The position numbers and the translations under genes are program-made. Positions 39,821 to 50,104 of a stretch of 64,000 nt of DNA are shown in pieces. The notes under the pieces were generated by a model. It was not told where the DNA came from and ran no database searches. It saw only the letters and a list, made by a program, of their open reading frames with translations. Every line of letters starts with the position of its first letter. Position 1 is the stretch's first letter. Source of the stretch: a virus; the IMG/VR virus record IMGVR_UViG_3300047157_000243, positions 11,016-75,015 of that record, one strand, 5' to 3'.

Positions 39821-42800
39821 TTATATACTTTTTATTATAGTTTTAATGTCCCAACTTTCAGCGCCTGTAATTGTAGCTGTTAAATCTGCAGTGTTTCCTG
39901 TGGAAATAACTACACTCATAGTTACTGCAGTAGTTGAACCATTTATGTCATTAGTACTAACATCTGAATAGTCCACACTAGAACCACTCCAAATAGATGA
40001 AATATTACCAGCTCTAGCACCACCTGAAGATGTTCCCACTATTGTATAATCATAAAAACCTCCTGTGTATGCACTTGTTGGTATAGAATATAAAACATTA
40101 GCACCAGTAGTTACTGTCGAATACGAACTTGTATTTAATGATGGAGATATATTATCACCCATCAGTATAGTGTTGTCAGAATAAACCTCTAATACAGGCA
40201 GGCCTGATATGTCATTTACAGCGAATAATTGACCATCTAAATTGTCTGTTACAGTAAAAAGTTCTCCACTTGAGCCTTGAACACTAAATATAGGACTTGT
40301 ATCTCCTGAGCCATATATGGTAAGTGCTGGGAGTGTTGTCCCTGAAATTGTTCCTCCCGTTAGCGGCAAGAAATCTCCGCCACCACCAGCAGAACCTGTA
40401 ACTACATTTCCACCAGAATCTATACCTAAATTATTAACGGATGTTCCTGTAGCTAAACTGTTTATGTTTAAATAAGGAACATAAACTGTGTCATCAGTTG
40501 TTCCTGTAATATTTTGCCCACCTAAAACGGCACTTCTTACACCCGTAACCAAAGAGTCGGTAGAGTGTATAAAAGAAGTTAGGCCAGAAGCTATAGAGTT
40601 TCTACCAGCGGCATGAGTATAATTTCCAGAAGCTATTGTTTGGCTGTTTTGCGAGTGACTAAATGAACCAACAGATGTCGTTTGTCCCCCTTCAGCGTGA
40701 GAATATCCTGAAGCGAATGTTGTAAAACCTTCTGCATGAGAAGCAAACCCAGAAGCTGTAGTGCTTTCACCTTCTGCATGCGAACCTAGACCACTTGCCA
40801 CAGTAAATCTACCTTCAGCATGAGACCCCTGTCCAGAAGCTAAAGTGCTTAGACCCTCAGAGTGTGAAGAGTATGTTATTGCAGATGTTGGCTGTGACAA
40901 CGAGCCCTTACCAGTAAAATAAATACCCCCTTCAGCATGTGATGCTTCTCCGCTTGCTAAATTGTTATTACCTTCAGCGTGAGAATAATCTCCGCTTGCT
41001 GTTGTTTGAGAACCTTCAGCGTGAGAATAGTCTCCACTAGCTACAGTATTATTGTTTTGAGCATGAGCCCCTCTACCAGAGGCTGTAGAAAGTTCACCTT
41101 CAGCATGAGAACCTGTACCTAAAGAAATTGAGCCAATACCCTCAGCGTGAGAAGTGTCGCCAGATGCTATCGTATTAGTACCTTCAGCATGTGATAGGCC
41201 ACCACTCGCAGTAGTATTCCCTCCTTCAGCATGAGATGAAACGCCTGATGCAGTATTTGGGATAGTACCTTTTCCATCAAATCCACCTTCAACATGAGAA
41301 GCGTGTCCACTAGCTATATTCGAAATTCCTTCAGCATGAGAATAGTCTCCACTTGCTGTTGTTTGAAAGCCTTCCGAGTGAGAAACGACACCAAGAGACG
41401 TTGTCTGAAAACCTTCAGCATGAGAAGTGTCACCAGAAGCTACTGTAAGCTCTCCTTCAGCGTGACTGGCACTCCCGTAAGTAATTGAGTCATTCCCTTC
41501 TGCGTGAGAGTTGGTTCCAAAAGTCTTAGTTCCAGTACCTTCAGCATGAGAATTGTTTGCAACGGCTGTGGTAAAAAATCCTTCAGCGTGAGCAGTTGCA
41601 CCACTAGCTCTAGTGTTTGCCCCTTCTGCATGTGAAGCGAGTCCTGCAGCAATGTTAATATACCCCTTCCCTGGAAAACCTCCTTCAGCATGAGAAGCCT
41701 CTCCTACAGCTTGATTTCCAAATCCTGAAGCAAAAGAATAGTTACCTGTCGCATCTACACCTGAAGTATTTATGGCTTTTATAGAAAAAGAACCTGTTGA
41801 GCCTGTTGTGAAAACAGTCGTACCAGTTCCTCCGCCACCACCAGCAGAACCTGTAACTACATTTCCACCAGAATCTATACCTAAGTTATTAACAGATGTT
41901 CCTGTAGCTAAGCTGTTTATGTTTAAATAAGGAACATAAACTGTGTCATCAGTTGTTCCTGTAATGTTTTGCCCTCCTAAAATAGCACTTCTTTGACCAG
42001 TAACTAAAGAGTTTGTTGAATGTACAAAAGAAGTGGAACCAGATGCAATAGAGTCAGAACCTCCCGCATGCGAAAATGAACCGCTTGATATTGTTTCAAA
42101 ACCTTCTGCATGTGAAGCTAGTCCACTAGCTGTTGAGCTATAACCTTCTGCATGAGCGGCATCATTACTAGCCGTTGTATCAAAACCTTCCGTATGAGAC
42201 GCTGTACCTGTAGATGTTGTATTAAAGCCTTCTGAATGAGAAGATGTACCGCTTGCTATTGTATTTAAACCTTCCGCATGAGAGTCGGCTCCACTTGCCA
42301 CAGTACCAAATCCTTCAGAGTGAGAATCTTCACCACTAGACGTTGTGTTCCATCCTTCAGCATGAGCATAATCTCCACTTGCAACCGTAAACAATCCTTG
42401 CGCATGAGAATCTTCACCAGATGCTGTTGTAAAATATCCTTCAGCATGAGCTTCCGCTCCAATGGCAGAAGTTCCCCATCCTTCAGCATGAGATTCACCA
42501 CCCCCAGCAACTGTAACACGACCTTCTGCGTGTGCAGAGCTTCCACTTGCTAATGTCTGCCTACCTTCAGCATGAGAAGCTGGTCCAGAGGATATAGTCG
42601 TTGCACCTTCTGCGTGTGCATAATTTCCTGAAGCCGAAGTACTACCACCTTCAGCGTGTGAATAAGAACCACTAGCAACTGTGAAAAACCCTTCTGAGTG
42701 GTCACCAACATTAAGTGCTTTAGTGGATTGTCCCTCAGCGTGAGAATAGTTCCCAGCAGCCAAAGTGCCTACGCCTTCAGCGTGAGACGAAAAAGTTGTA

Positions 42801-43315
42801 GCAGATGTTGGGTCTGAAAATTTACCATTAAAACCACCTTCAGCGTGAGATGCTGTTCCGCTAGCTAAATTATCGTAACCTGAAGCGAATGCATAATCAC
42901 CTGTTGCATCTATTGCAGTATCATTTAAGGCTTTTATTGAAAATAAGCCAGTTGAACCAGATGTGAAAACTGAAGTAGAGCCAGTTAAATAATCTAATAA
43001 AGGAGTATCTCCAATAAAGTATGTGTCTCCTGAAATAGTTGACCCACTTATGTTTTCAGCAGTAATACCTGTAAGATTTATACTTCCATTTAAATTAACT
43101 TCATAAGTTGATATTCCTAAAGTGGAGCCAGAAACAACATTTATGTTTGAACCTCCATCTGTGATTGAATGCCCACTTAAAATGCCATGTATGGCATCTC
43201 CAAAAACATCTTCGATAAGCTCAAAGTTGTCATTTATTTTAACTCTACCCTCGTTGGGCGTATCCGAAGGGAGTATATCTTTTATTGTTGTTGTACCTGT
43301 AAAAAAATGTGACAC
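39821..43315 (-). CDS. Tail fibre with YadA-head-like SHAEG repeats
   Basis: About 50 14-aa repeats T.ASG..SHAEG in two tandem modules; late motif 43339-43345. Confidence 0.85.
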   Translation of the reverse strand: MSHFFTGTTTIKDILPSDTPNEGRVKINDNFELIEDVFGDAIHGILSGHSITDGGSNINVVSGSTLGISTYEVNLNGSINLTGITAENISGSTISGDTYFIGDTPLLDYLTGSTSVFTSGSTGLFSIKALNDTAIDATGDYAFASGYDNLASGTASHAEGGFNGKFSDPTSATTFSSHAEGVGTLAAGNYSHAEGQSTKALNVGDHSEGFFTVASGSYSHAEGGSTSASGNYAHAEGATTISSGPASHAEGRQTLASGSSAHAEGRVTVAGGGESHAEGWGTSAIGAEAHAEGYFTTASGEDSHAQGLFTVASGDYAHAEGWNTTSSGEDSHSEGFGTVASGADSHAEGLNTIASGTSSHSEGFNTTSTGTASHTEGFDTTASNDAAHAEGYSSTASGLASHAEGFETISSGSFSHAGGSDSIASGSTSFVHSTNSLVTGQRSAILGGQNITGTTDDTVYVPYLNINSLATGTSVNNLGIDSGGNVVTGSAGGGGGTGTTVFTTGSTGSFSIKAINTSGVDATGNYSFASGFGNQAVGEASHAEGGFPGKGYINIAAGLASHAEGANTRASGATAHAEGFFTTAVANNSHAEGTGTKTFGTNSHAEGNDSITYGSASHAEGELTVASGDTSHAEGFQTTSLGVVSHSEGFQTTASGDYSHAEGISNIASGHASHVEGGFDGKGTIPNTASGVSSHAEGGNTTASGGLSHAEGTNTIASGDTSHAEGIGSISLGTGSHAEGELSTASGRGAHAQNNNTVASGDYSHAEGSQTTASGDYSHAEGNNNLASGEASHAEGGIYFTGKGSLSQPTSAITYSSHSEGLSTLASGQGSHAEGRFTVASGLGSHAEGESTTASGFASHAEGFTTFASGYSHAEGGQTTSVGSFSHSQNSQTIASGNYTHAAGRNSIASGLTSFIHSTDSLVTGVRSAVLGGQNITGTTDDTVYVPYLNINSLATGTSVNNLGIDSGGNVVTGSAGGGGDFLPLTGGTISGTTLPALTIYGSGDTSPIFSVQGSSGELFTVTDNLDGQLFAVNDISGLPVLEVYSDNTILMGDNISPSLNTSSYSTVTTGANVLYSIPTSAYTGGFYDYTIVGTSSGGARAGNISSIWSGSSVDYSDVSTNDINGSTTAVTMSVVISTGNTADLTATITGAESWDIKTIIKSI

Positions 43316-43413
43316 TATTATATAATTTTATTTCTTTAATAAATAGAGATTAAAAACTCTTATAAAGTCAAAATACTATTTACACAAAAGCTTTTTTTCT
43401 TTTAATTTGTTTT

Positions 43414-43908
43414 ATGTATTACTTTGAATATGATAAAAATGGATTTTTGGTAAAATATGCCGAAACTGAAGTGGATGTAGAATTTAGTGAAATATCTATA
43501 AACAATTCTATCTTTTACTGTATAGTAGATAATTTTTTAGTAAAGAAGTTTGAAGAGAATGGACTTTTTAAAACTGTAAGCAAATATGGAGGGCCAATAA
43601 AATTGACACATTCTTTCAGCGAAGGAGAAAGTTGGATAAAAGTTTTTAATAAAAAAGGCAGCAGTATTATTAAACATTATAATGATTGTACAAAAGGTGT
43701 ATCATCATACAAAGAAACAAACTACCCATGGTTTACATACAGTGCAGATACATCTTTAGAAAACTACATTGAAAAACATGTAGAAAATGTTAGTAAATAT
43801 GCCATCCCCACCAGTGTAATTTCTTTGGAAGGAGAAAGTTTATCTCATTTAAATTTTAAAGTCAAAGATTCTTTTTTAGAAAAATGGACTAATATAATTG
43901 ATTTTTGA
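43414..43908 (+). CDS. Hypothetical protein
   Basis: 164 aa ORF after a TAATTTGT box. Confidence 0.5.
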   Translation: MYYFEYDKNGFLVKYAETEVDVEFSEISINNSIFYCIVDNFLVKKFEENGLFKTVSKYGGPIKLTHSFSEGESWIKVFNKKGSSIIKHYNDCTKGVSSYKETNYPWFTYSADTSLENYIEKHVENVSKYAIPTSVISLEGESLSHLNFKVKDSFLEKWTNIIDF

Positions 43909-43944
43909 AATTGTTATCTATTTATTTAATATACTAAATGTTAG

Positions 43945-44430
43945 ATGATGTATAACAAAAATAATAGATTAAGGAATATACTTTTTGAAAGCTTTCATGA
44001 TAGAAATGAATCTTTTTATTACCTAGCCCCAGATATTGTAGGTTCAGTGTCAAATGCTAATATGGATATGAATAAAAATATATTCGTAATAGACTTTAAT
44101 ACTACTGATGGTAGAGTTTTAAATTTGAAAGTTAAAAATGATTGTTTTAACAACTGGTTAAATCAAGAAGAGTGTGAAAATTCTGGGGTTGTTGATTTTG
44201 TTAAACATTTTATATCAAACTCTAAATCAGAAGACGAATTAGAAACCGATACTTTAGAAGAAATAGTAGATGAATATGGTGACATCATGAATAGTGATGA
44301 TATGCCAAACAACTCTAATAACTCAATGATGGGTAAATCTAAGTTTGGTTCTGAAAAAGCAATAAAACAAACTATAGCAAAATCTAAAAGGTATTATGGA
44401 GATTTGGGCTTAGGAGTTGTTACTTGGTAA
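43945..44430 (+). CDS. Hypothetical late protein
   Basis: TATTTAT 43919-43925; LRNILFES and LEE motifs. Confidence 0.5.
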   Translation: MMYNKNNRLRNILFESFHDRNESFYYLAPDIVGSVSNANMDMNKNIFVIDFNTTDGRVLNLKVKNDCFNNWLNQEECENSGVVDFVKHFISNSKSEDELETDTLEEIVDEYGDIMNSDDMPNNSNNSMMGKSKFGSEKAIKQTIAKSKRYYGDLGLGVVTW

Positions 44431-44449
44431 TTTTATAAAAATATAAGAT

Positions 44450-44974
44450 ATGTTTAAAATGAGAGAAATATTTGACTTTGACTCCGAAAAGGGAAAGGGT
44501 AAAAGTAAAAAAGGTAGTCAAATTGACAGAATGAAACAATTGAATGAAACATATCAAAAAAGAGGTGAGTTCATCAAAGAAAATAAAGGTAAGGAAGTTG
44601 ATGAGAAAGTGTTACAAGAAGAGGCTGATAGGCTTAAGAAGCTTTCAAGTCACAGAACAACTCTAAAAGAAAACGGTGGTATCCCATTCATGGGAATGAA
44701 GCAAGCGGGCCAGGGTGAAACTGTGAATACATTTTTGCCAACAATACCAGATTCTGCAAGAAACTCTTCCTTCTCTTATATAAAGCCAGAAGAAGCTTTA
44801 GATATATCTATAAAAAGAGCTATTGAATCAGGAACCCCTATTAACAATATGGGATTTTATGATGAGGTTAATTGGATTTTAAACAACTTAGGCTTTGATT
44901 CTAAGAACCCAATGGACATTAAATCTGCAATGATAAAAATAGCTGGTGGTGACTTAAACACTTCTGTAGACTAA
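44450..44974 (+). CDS. Hypothetical late protein
   Basis: IDRMKQLNE, ADRLKKLS, LKE motifs. Confidence 0.5.
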   Translation: MFKMREIFDFDSEKGKGKSKKGSQIDRMKQLNETYQKRGEFIKENKGKEVDEKVLQEEADRLKKLSSHRTTLKENGGIPFMGMKQAGQGETVNTFLPTIPDSARNSSFSYIKPEEALDISIKRAIESGTPINNMGFYDEVNWILNNLGFDSKNPMDIKSAMIKIAGGDLNTSVD

Positions 44975-45466
44975 GTGGTGAATGAGGTAAGAAAAATAAT
45001 TAGACAAGAAATAGAAAATCTTTTTGAGGATTTTCGATATAGATATGATGGAAGTTTTTACCCAAATGAATCCATGATTAAAAGTTGTTTAGAAGCATTA
45101 AATGCAGTTGAAGAAAATGATTTAACTAAAAACGTATCTAAAAAAAATGAAGGTTCTGGTAAAAGTAAAGCAAAAATCATAGTAAATAAAGAGCCATTAA
45201 ACCACTCTCAACTAAAAAGGATGAAAGCTTTTTTTGACAATAATGAATCTGAAGCATCATTAGAAAAGTCAAAAGGGGAAAATGTTTATACATCTGGATT
45301 GTTGCAAATTTGGAACCTGTGGGGTGGAGATGCTGGTAAGTCTTGGTGTAATACGCACATATCCCAAAGAAATAGTAGCAATGATACTAGCAAAACAATT
45401 AGAGGAGCTTCTGGTATCAGGTCTAAAAATTTAATGAACCCTCTCAACACAAGAATACATAGATAA
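44975..45466 (+). CDS. Conserved phage protein with EVRKIIRQEIE tag
   Basis: LKRMKAFF...WNLWGGDAG.SW module. Confidence 0.55.
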   Translation: MVNEVRKIIRQEIENLFEDFRYRYDGSFYPNESMIKSCLEALNAVEENDLTKNVSKKNEGSGKSKAKIIVNKEPLNHSQLKRMKAFFDNNESEASLEKSKGENVYTSGLLQIWNLWGGDAGKSWCNTHISQRNSSNDTSKTIRGASGIRSKNLMNPLNTRIHR

Positions 45467-45526
45467 CCTTTGATTCTTAAGTTTTAAATTCTTATATTTG
45501 TTTTCTTATAAATTAATTTCATTTCA

Positions 45527-46474
45527 ATGAATGTTCTTAGCCTATTTGATGGTATGAGTTGCGGCCAGTTAGCACTAAAAAAAGCTGGCATTATCTATAA
45601 CAACTATTATTCTTCTGAAATAGATGAGTACTCTATGAAAATTGCTCAGATTAATTTCCCTGAAACCATACAGTTAGGAAATGTAACTGAATTAAATGCT
45701 AAAAAGCTGCCTAAAATAGATTTGCTAATTGGAGGGTCCCCATGCCAGGGTTTTAGTATGGCTGGAAAACAGCTTAATTTTGAAGATGAAAGAAGTAAGT
45801 TGTTTTTTGAATTTGTAAGACTTCTAAATGAATTAAAGCCCAAATATTTCTTGTTAGAAAATGTAAAGATGAAAAAAGAATATAGAGACATAATAAGTTC
45901 TTATTTGGGTGTTGAGTGTATAGAGATAGACAGCAGTTTACTTTCTGCTCAAAATAGAAAAAGATTATACTGGACTAATATAGAAAACATTAAACAACCT
46001 AAAGATAAAAAAGTTTTTTTATCAAAAGTGCTGGAAAGGGGGGTGACACAAGAAAAGTATTTAATAAAAGAAGAAAGTGCTATTAAGCAAAATATTATTA
46101 AATATAGAGATGAGCGTCTAGCTAAACAAGCAGTTTTTACTGAACGTAGAACCGAAGAGGCAAAAAAGATAAGAAAAGAATATAGAGCTAAATACGGAAG
46201 AGATTTTTCGCCTAGAAGAGCTAAAGAAATGGTGCCTAGAACGGATGATAAGTGTAATTGCTTAACAACATCACTAACTAAAGAGCATGTGTTGATTGAT
46301 GAAAATTATAATTTTAGAAAATTAACACCTACAGAATGTGAAAGGTTACAAACGGTCCCAGACAATTACACTAAACACATTAACATTTCAGACACACAAA
46401 GATACAAAATGCTTGGAAATGGCTGGACAATTTCCGTAATTGCACATATATTTAAAAACATTAAAAATAAATAA
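45527..46474 (+). CDS. DNA (cytosine-5) methyltransferase
   Basis: SLFDG, GGSPCQG, LLENV, QNRKRLYW, LTP.ECERLQ, LGNGW. Confidence 0.92.
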   Translation: MNVLSLFDGMSCGQLALKKAGIIYNNYYSSEIDEYSMKIAQINFPETIQLGNVTELNAKKLPKIDLLIGGSPCQGFSMAGKQLNFEDERSKLFFEFVRLLNELKPKYFLLENVKMKKEYRDIISSYLGVECIEIDSSLLSAQNRKRLYWTNIENIKQPKDKKVFLSKVLERGVTQEKYLIKEESAIKQNIIKYRDERLAKQAVFTERRTEEAKKIRKEYRAKYGRDFSPRRAKEMVPRTDDKCNCLTTSLTKEHVLIDENYNFRKLTPTECERLQTVPDNYTKHINISDTQRYKMLGNGWTISVIAHIFKNIKNK

Positions 46475-46495
46475 TAATAAATAAATACAATTAAT

Positions 46496-47056
46496 ATGTC
46501 AGAAACATCAGAAACATCAGAAGCAACAGTTTCAAAATTTGAAATAACTCCAATATTACCGCAAGACTATGAGGGATATATGGATGCAGATGAAGAGCTT
46601 GCAATAATTGCAAACCATGTAAAAAATTCAACGGTTCATAATGCAGATATTGAAACTAATAGAATTAAGTTTTTATATTCTACTTTAAACCCAAAAAAAG
46701 AAGGAGGAAGATATGTATTAACTTCTTTAACCAAAAGAAGTGATATAGACAAAATGGTTAATGATGATTATGATTACATAATTACTGTATATTATGATGT
46801 CTGGAAGGATTTAGATGAATCTAACAAAATAATACAACTAGATAAAGCTTTGTGTGGTATTGATATGGGAACTTTAGAAAAGCCTGTTTTGAAAAAAAGC
46901 ACACCAGACACAAGAGAATATAATGATAACTTAAGGTTTTATGGAGCTGAAAAAGTGCTAGACAGTTCTGAAATGGTAGACTTAGCATGTCAAAGAATTT
47001 CTGAAGAAAAAAGAGAAAAAAAGAAATTAGATAAAGAATTGAAAATAATAAAGTAA
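46496..47056 (+). CDS. Phage metallopeptidase-like protein lacking HExxH
   Basis: IKFLY...DYIITV..DVW..L....K..QLDKALCG...PD..EY......YG. Confidence 0.55.
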   Translation: MSETSETSEATVSKFEITPILPQDYEGYMDADEELAIIANHVKNSTVHNADIETNRIKFLYSTLNPKKEGGRYVLTSLTKRSDIDKMVNDDYDYIITVYYDVWKDLDESNKIIQLDKALCGIDMGTLEKPVLKKSTPDTREYNDNLRFYGAEKVLDSSEMVDLACQRISEEKREKKKLDKELKIIK

Positions 47057-47109
47057 ATATTTACTTTATTATTTTTTTTTATATATTATAATTCTAAAAT
47101 AAAACAAAA

Positions 47110-47349
47110 ATGGAAGATATTAAAATACAACTTAACAACTCTGTAAAAGCAGTAAGTTCACATTTTCAAGCAGAAAAAGATAGGGCTATTGCTGATTTAG
47201 AAATTTATTTAAATAGACCCGTAGGAGTGGGAGACCACTCAAGCGTTTTGGATGATACTATTAAAATATTTGAAAAATTAGAGCATGCAAAATCTATGCT
47301 TGAAATGATTAACTCTATGACTTTAGGTTCTGATACAACAGCTAAATAA
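47110..47349 (+). CDS. Small conserved phage protein
   Basis: A.ADLEIYL..PVGVGDH motif. Confidence 0.6.
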   Translation: MEDIKIQLNNSVKAVSSHFQAEKDRAIADLEIYLNRPVGVGDHSSVLDDTIKIFEKLEHAKSMLEMINSMTLGSDTTAK

Positions 47350-47355
47350 ATAAAC

Positions 47356-47595
47356 ATGGAAATTTTATTAAAAATAATTTTAGGAATGCTATTTGCTGCT
47401 TCTATCTTTTTTGGAAGGCTAGTATATACTGAGTATAAACTTTTTAACAAAGATATTGAAACAAAGAGCACTTCTTTATTGGAAAGAATATTAGTTAATG
47501 GTTTAATATTTATTATTTTTTCTATATTAGCTTTTTTAATGTCATTTTCTTTATATACTATTTTTGGAAAAATAACTTTTGAAACATACTTTTAA
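47356..47595 (+). CDS. Small two-TM membrane protein
   Basis: Two hydrophobic helices. Confidence 0.55.
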   Translation: MEILLKIILGMLFAASIFFGRLVYTEYKLFNKDIETKSTSLLERILVNGLIFIIFSILAFLMSFSLYTIFGKITFETYF

Positions 47596-47598
47596 TAT

Positions 47599-47847
47599 AT
47601 GAAGCTGTTTAAGAAGATAAATTTTTATATAAGAAATTGTATTTGGAATTATAAATTTTGGCTTTTTTGTAAGCGAAAATATGTAGAATATAGCTTTGTT
47701 AAAAAAAATCCAATAAACGGAAATAGAGAAAAAGTAATCAAAAAAAGATTTCAAGGATACGAGTATAAAGGAAAAATATACCAAGACAACCCAGGCATGC
47801 CCTTATCTACAGAACATGAATGGGATATTGTAAAGAAAAAAATATAA
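47599..47847 (+). CDS. Hypothetical protein
   Basis: 82 aa ORF followed by a terminator. Confidence 0.5.
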   Translation: MKLFKKINFYIRNCIWNYKFWLFCKRKYVEYSFVKKNPINGNREKVIKKRFQGYEYKGKIYQDNPGMPLSTEHEWDIVKKKI

Positions 47848-47849
47848 AC

Positions 47850-47878
47850 AAAGCCCGCTTTTTAATAGCGGGCTTTTT
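47850..47878 (+). terminator. Intrinsic terminator
   Basis: AAAGCCCGCT...AGCGGGCTTTTT. Confidence 0.8.
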
Positions 47879-48175
47879 ATTGGTCATAATATAAAATTTG
47901 TTTGTTATGATAAGCTGTCCCCACCTTTCTCCCATTTGATATTCATGACCTTCCCAAACCATACGTTTATATATGTTTATTATTTTCTTGTTTATGAAAA
48001 TTATATATAAACACAAAGTTATAAACATTTTTCAGTATTACACAAACCTTTATTGTAAAGGCTAATATGTATAAAAATGATATTAATTTTTTATAAACAA
48101 TAATCATTGCAAAATATAATGTTTTTTAAATTTTTGAGTATATTTATATGAAAAGTTACATTAAAAAGGTTTATT

Positions 48176-49993
48176 ATGGCCGACATGAAAGATATAAAAA
48201 ACGGAGAAGAGAAAAGTAATAAAGACTTTTCTAATTTGGAAGCAGAAACTCATAAGGTTTTTGAGATGATTAAAGAGTTACTTAAATCAACTACTGAAAA
48301 AGAAATAGAAAAGCTTGGATTTACAAAAAACAATAAAATCGCTGGAGTTTATGGTGATGGAACAACATACGGAGCAGGAGTTGAAGAGGATGAATATAAT
48401 GTCATCGTAACGTCAAGGCCTAGAAAGTTCAATAGTTCCAAAAATATGAGCCATGGATATGGGAATGGAACTTTTGAAAAACAAATACTTATAGGAGCTA
48501 AAAGAGTTGAGTCTCAACTAGACTTTGAAATAAAAGGCAAAGTTCTACATGTACAATACAGAAGTCCAGAAGCTGGCTTTTTTAGAGGAGTTGAAGATGA
48601 CGGTAGTACATTTATGGTAAGAAAAACAATAACAGTTCCATTAAAAGATGCTAAAAAAGCTCTAAAAGAAGATTTAGAAGACGCAGCAAGAAAAGAGGTG
48701 GGATATTTAACTCACACAAAATTAGGAGTAGAAGATAGGTTAGATGCCAGTACTACATCAATAGTTGAAAATTTAGATATGAAAAAACTAACACTTAAAA
48801 GCTTGTTTAAGGACGAGCTAGACTTTGAAACAAAAGAAGTCAATGAAGGATATGAAAAGCTTCCAGATGGAGAAGAAAACATAAATGCATTTAAAAAACT
48901 TAACAAAGTTGAACTTCCAAACTCAAGTGATAGATTCTTGCTTTTTGATGACGAAGAACAATGCGAGGAATTAATCAAAGAATTAAACCTTGAAGAAGAT
49001 GAAGAATTCAAAGAAAAACTTAAAGATGAATATGGAGTAGAAGATGGAAAGGTTTCCAAATTAACTCCTGCTGAAAAGACAGATTTTTTTAACTCACTAA
49101 AAAAAGAAGCAGAAAACTTAGAAGAAAACTTAGAAGAAATATCAATGTCAGGACCTTCCGTTGCAGGTGTTCAAGTTGGAGCTGGAGGTTATTTGCCAAA
49201 ATTAGTTGCTTTAAGCAAAAAGAAGTTTTCTAAAGTCGGAGCCCCTTACAGCATCCCGGCTAATGACCCTATATATCAAGAGGCAGATGCTTTAAGTGAG
49301 TCTAAAAAAGCTTTTAAAAAGTCTTTTCAAAAAACAGCATATGCTAAAGGTCAAAAATCAAGACCTAAAGTTGATAAGAATTATAATGTAATTCCTGAAA
49401 CTAAAAACACTAACGCTAGTAAGCCTTATACTCAAGTGGTAAAAATAGACCCAAATACTCATCCGCTTGGAATGCCTTTCGTAAAGCCAAACAGCAAAGA
49501 AGAGTGGGAAAGAACTAGCGGTGTTGGTAGAGACCATGACAAGATGGAAAGAATGGGATTAAAAGAAGACAATTCTAACAAAACTTCTAGATTGGTTAAG
49601 AGAAAATTTATTTCTGAATCAGAAAACAAGTCTAAAGGTATAAATAAGAGATATATTGTTACAGAAAAAACAAATCAAGAATACGAATCTGACAGATGGA
49701 ATAAACTTTCAAATTTTAAAAAGTTTGAAACAATAAAAGAGGCCGAAGAAATGAATTCTGTTCTTGAAAGTATAGAAGAATATAATGATTTTTATCAAGA
49801 AAAGTCTAACATAATTAAAGAGTCAATTGCCCCAATTTCAAAAGATACTGAAAAAACTATAGAAGTAGAAAAGCCAGGAAGCGTTTTTGGAATTACTCAA
49901 AAGTTTTACGAAAAAGATTTTTTAAATGAAAACAAGCAATTTATATTAGATTTGAATTCTATGGTTTTTGTTTCGAATCCAAATTCAAAATAA
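48176..49993 (+). CDS. Large charged late protein, probably head-internal
   Basis: TATTTAT 48141-48147; many LEE/IKE/ISE motifs. Confidence 0.55.
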   Translation: MADMKDIKNGEEKSNKDFSNLEAETHKVFEMIKELLKSTTEKEIEKLGFTKNNKIAGVYGDGTTYGAGVEEDEYNVIVTSRPRKFNSSKNMSHGYGNGTFEKQILIGAKRVESQLDFEIKGKVLHVQYRSPEAGFFRGVEDDGSTFMVRKTITVPLKDAKKALKEDLEDAARKEVGYLTHTKLGVEDRLDASTTSIVENLDMKKLTLKSLFKDELDFETKEVNEGYEKLPDGEENINAFKKLNKVELPNSSDRFLLFDDEEQCEELIKELNLEEDEEFKEKLKDEYGVEDGKVSKLTPAEKTDFFNSLKKEAENLEENLEEISMSGPSVAGVQVGAGGYLPKLVALSKKKFSKVGAPYSIPANDPIYQEADALSESKKAFKKSFQKTAYAKGQKSRPKVDKNYNVIPETKNTNASKPYTQVVKIDPNTHPLGMPFVKPNSKEEWERTSGVGRDHDKMERMGLKEDNSNKTSRLVKRKFISESENKSKGINKRYIVTEKTNQEYESDRWNKLSNFKKFETIKEAEEMNSVLESIEEYNDFYQEKSNIIKESIAPISKDTEKTIEVEKPGSVFGITQKFYEKDFLNENKQFILDLNSMVFVSNPNSK

Positions 49994-50012
49994 GACTTCT
50001 AAACGAATTACT

Positions 50013-50043
50013 AAAAAGCTTAACTAATTGTTAGGCTTTTTTT
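50013..50043 (+). terminator. Intrinsic terminator
   Basis: AAAAAGCTTAAC-TAATT-GTTAGGCTTTTTTT. Confidence 0.65.
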
Positions 50044-50104
50044 GTTTTTAATTATTTATTTTTAGTAAATATTCCTTATATTGCATATTAATAAAACAAT
50101 TTTT

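Noticed and set aside
40378-41974. Diversity-generating retroelement TR/VR pair
   Set aside because: Both copies are in frame within one gene, differences are synonymous, and no reverse transcriptase is present
47840-48175. Replication origin with ATAAACA iterons, or ORF 47807..48028
   Set aside because: Short AT-only repeats are expected at this composition; the ORF overlaps a terminator and lacks recognisable features
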